Below are positions 62,337 to 64,000 of a DNA stretch of 64,000 nucleotides, piece after piece. The first letter of the stretch is position 1, and every line of letters begins with the position of its first letter. The notes under the pieces were generated by a model. That model was given only the letters and a program-made list of their open reading frames with translations, had not been told where the DNA came from and ran no database searches. The DNA lies in contig CAWDKY010000053.1 in the NCBI GenBank assembly GCA_963802945.1, forward strand, positions 96,001-160,000. Reading direction: 5' to 3'. This stretch comes from an uncultured delta proteobacterium. Lineage in GTDB: Bacteria > Desulfobacterota > RBG-13-43-22. A program made the translations under genes and the position numbers.

Positions 62337-63131
62337 ATGGCAACAGACCAAGTTGTTCTCGTAGAAACCAAAAACAGGATTTGCGTATTGACCTTTAATC
62401 AACCGGATAAACTGAACGCCATGAACGATGTCATGGCCGTGGCCTTCAGTTCCGCCATTGACCAAATCAAGAAGAATTCGGAACCCAAAGTGTTGATCCT
62501 TACCGGTGCCGGCCGGTCTTTCAGCGCCGGCGGCAACCTGGATAAGATGAGGGGCAATGTGGGCTCAAACCCGGCCAAACGCAAAAAAGAGTCTTTCGCC
62601 TTTTATAATTCTTTTCTGCGTCTGATGGATCTGGAAATTCCGACCATCGCTGCCATCAACGGCCATGCCATCGGCGCCGGGGCCTGCGTCAGCCTGGCCT
62701 GCGACATGAGAATAGCGGCCACCAACAGCAAGATCGGTTTCACCTTCGCCAAGATCGGGCTTCATCCCGGAATGGGCGCGGAATACTTCCTTACCAGATT
62801 GATCGGCCGGGCCAGGACCTTTGAACTTTTGATGACCGGGGATATCCTCTCCGCCGAAGAGGCCTTTCGTATTGGGCTGGTCAATCATCTCAGCCCGCCG
62901 GAAAAATTGATGGATCATGCCCTCGAACTGGCTGGAAAAATCGCCGCCATGCCGGTTTTACCCATCAGGATGCTTAAGGAATCCATCGACGCCGCCACCA
63001 GAAACACCCTGGCTGAAACCTTGCACCGGGAAGCGACTTATCAGGCCTTATGTTATATGACCACGGACATTATCGAAGGAATCGATTCGACCAAAGAAAA
63101 AAGGCCAGCAAAATTCAAAGATGAATATTAA
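62337..63131 (+). CDS. Crotonase-superfamily protein
   Basis: FNQPDKLNA, FSAGGN, AAINGHAIGAG, GLHPGMG. Confidence 0.9.
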   Translation: MATDQVVLVETKNRICVLTFNQPDKLNAMNDVMAVAFSSAIDQIKKNSEPKVLILTGAGRSFSAGGNLDKMRGNVGSNPAKRKKESFAFYNSFLRLMDLEIPTIAAINGHAIGAGACVSLACDMRIAATNSKIGFTFAKIGLHPGMGAEYFLTRLIGRARTFELLMTGDILSAEEAFRIGLVNHLSPPEKLMDHALELAGKIAAMPVLPIRMLKESIDAATRNTLAETLHREATYQALCYMTTDIIEGIDSTKEKRPAKFKDEY

Positions 63132-63160
63132 TCGAAGAGGTTTGACAGGGCTGTGCAGAT

Positions 63161-64000
63161 TTAAGGCATTTTACACCGCTTTTTTAATGCCGCCACGTCA
63201 TCCGGAGCCAGCTCCAGTGCCTTGGACTTAATCAGCCGGTACATAACAGCATCCTCGTTCTGACTGTGGTCCAGGCCCAGGACATGGCCGAATTCATGGG
63301 CAAGCACGCGGACCAGCCGGTAGTCGTTATCAAACTGAAAAATGGTAATGGACTGCCGGCCATTCTGGTTTTCATAGTGGCCTTCACAGAACTTAGGCCC
63401 AAGGGCCTGGCCCAGACTCTGATGGTTGCCCAAATCCAGGTTGTAATCGGATGCGATTTCATTAATGACCACCACCAAGCTGTTGATCGTATCCGCCAGT
63501 CTTTTAAGTTCCTCCTGCTGTCCCTGCAGATGATCACGCAGTGCATTCAATTCATTTTTTTCATTCAACAGCCGCGAGTGGATGCTTTCAGAAACTACTC
63601 CGCTTCGGTTCCAGGATTCGGCTTCCCTATTGAAAGTGTTCATCCGGGCATTGAAGGCATTAAAGTCAGCAGCCAAGGATATATTTTTTTGTTCATATTC
63701 TGCTTTTAAATTTTCACAGTCTGTTTTTAATTCCTCATAGGAATCTTTGGAACGGTCAATTTTATAATGGAGCTTTTTTAAGTTGTCCGTTGCCTGCTGC
63801 CTGTAGTCATAAACCAGGTTGACCTCGACGACACCTTCAAGATCTTCTCGAAAAAGTTCCCGGGAAAAGGGTTTCCCCCACATGGCCGCCGCCATATTCA
63901 CGGCTGTTCTAAATTCCTGACGGGTTAACCCGAACCTTTCATCCATTTTACCGATACGAAAAGTTATTGGTTCCTGACAGGGCCTTGGCATTCGGAAATA
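63161..64000 (-). CDS. Matrixin-family metalloprotease with coiled-coil insert (5' end outside the window)
   Basis: HEFGHVLGLDH...AVMY (metzincin motif and Met-turn). Open to the window edge. Confidence 0.85.
   Translation of the reverse strand, partial: YFRMPRPCQEPITFRIGKMDERFGLTRQEFRTAVNMAAAMWGKPFSRELFREDLEGVVEVNLVYDYRQQATDNLKKLHYKIDRSKDSYEELKTDCENLKAEYEQKNISLAADFNAFNARMNTFNREAESWNRSGVVSESIHSRLLNEKNELNALRDHLQGQQEELKRLADTINSLVVVINEIASDYNLDLGNHQSLGQALGPKFCEGHYENQNGRQSITIFQFDNDYRLVRVLAHEFGHVLGLDHSQNEDAVMYRLIKSKALELAPDDVAALKKRCKMP

Overview
64-kb window from what appears to be an anaerobic Desulfobacterota (deltaproteobacterium)-type genome, judged from gene content and repeat types. A housekeeping backbone (GH3 protein, acyl-CoA dehydrogenase, uvrB, rmuC, CoA-transferase-GNAT, tolC and two glgC-like genes on the left; yjbQ, CMD, rubrerythrin, two ALDH-FeADH fusions, polA and a glycyl-radical operon on the right) encloses a ~27-kb mosaic island (~14.1-41.8 kb). 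The island is a string of unrelated 1-4-gene modules separated by at least 7 degenerate, same-orientation copies of one composite non-coding element. That element starts ACATTTCAAAC...GTAGGTGTA, ends in an IS91-transposase-like tail, and three copies carry a 17-bp-spaced sigma70 promoter facing the next gene. One copy is interrupted by the left end of an IS110 (IS621-like) element. Its apparently intact bridge RNA has target guides matching the GTAGGTG core of the other copies. Other notable items: a LeuCD + PrpB-type lyase + fungal CadA-like operon divergent from a Tat flavoprotein/tetraheme cytochrome pair; a glycyl radical enzyme with non-canonical Cys/Gly loops plus two non-canonical crotonases; tandem fusions of non-acylating ALDH to Fe-ADH; and an integrase-less attC cluster. 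No rRNA, tRNA or CRISPR array was seen. Several single-base frameshifts in core genes look like assembly errors. All alignments were done by eye, and homologue comparisons are from memory rather than database searches.
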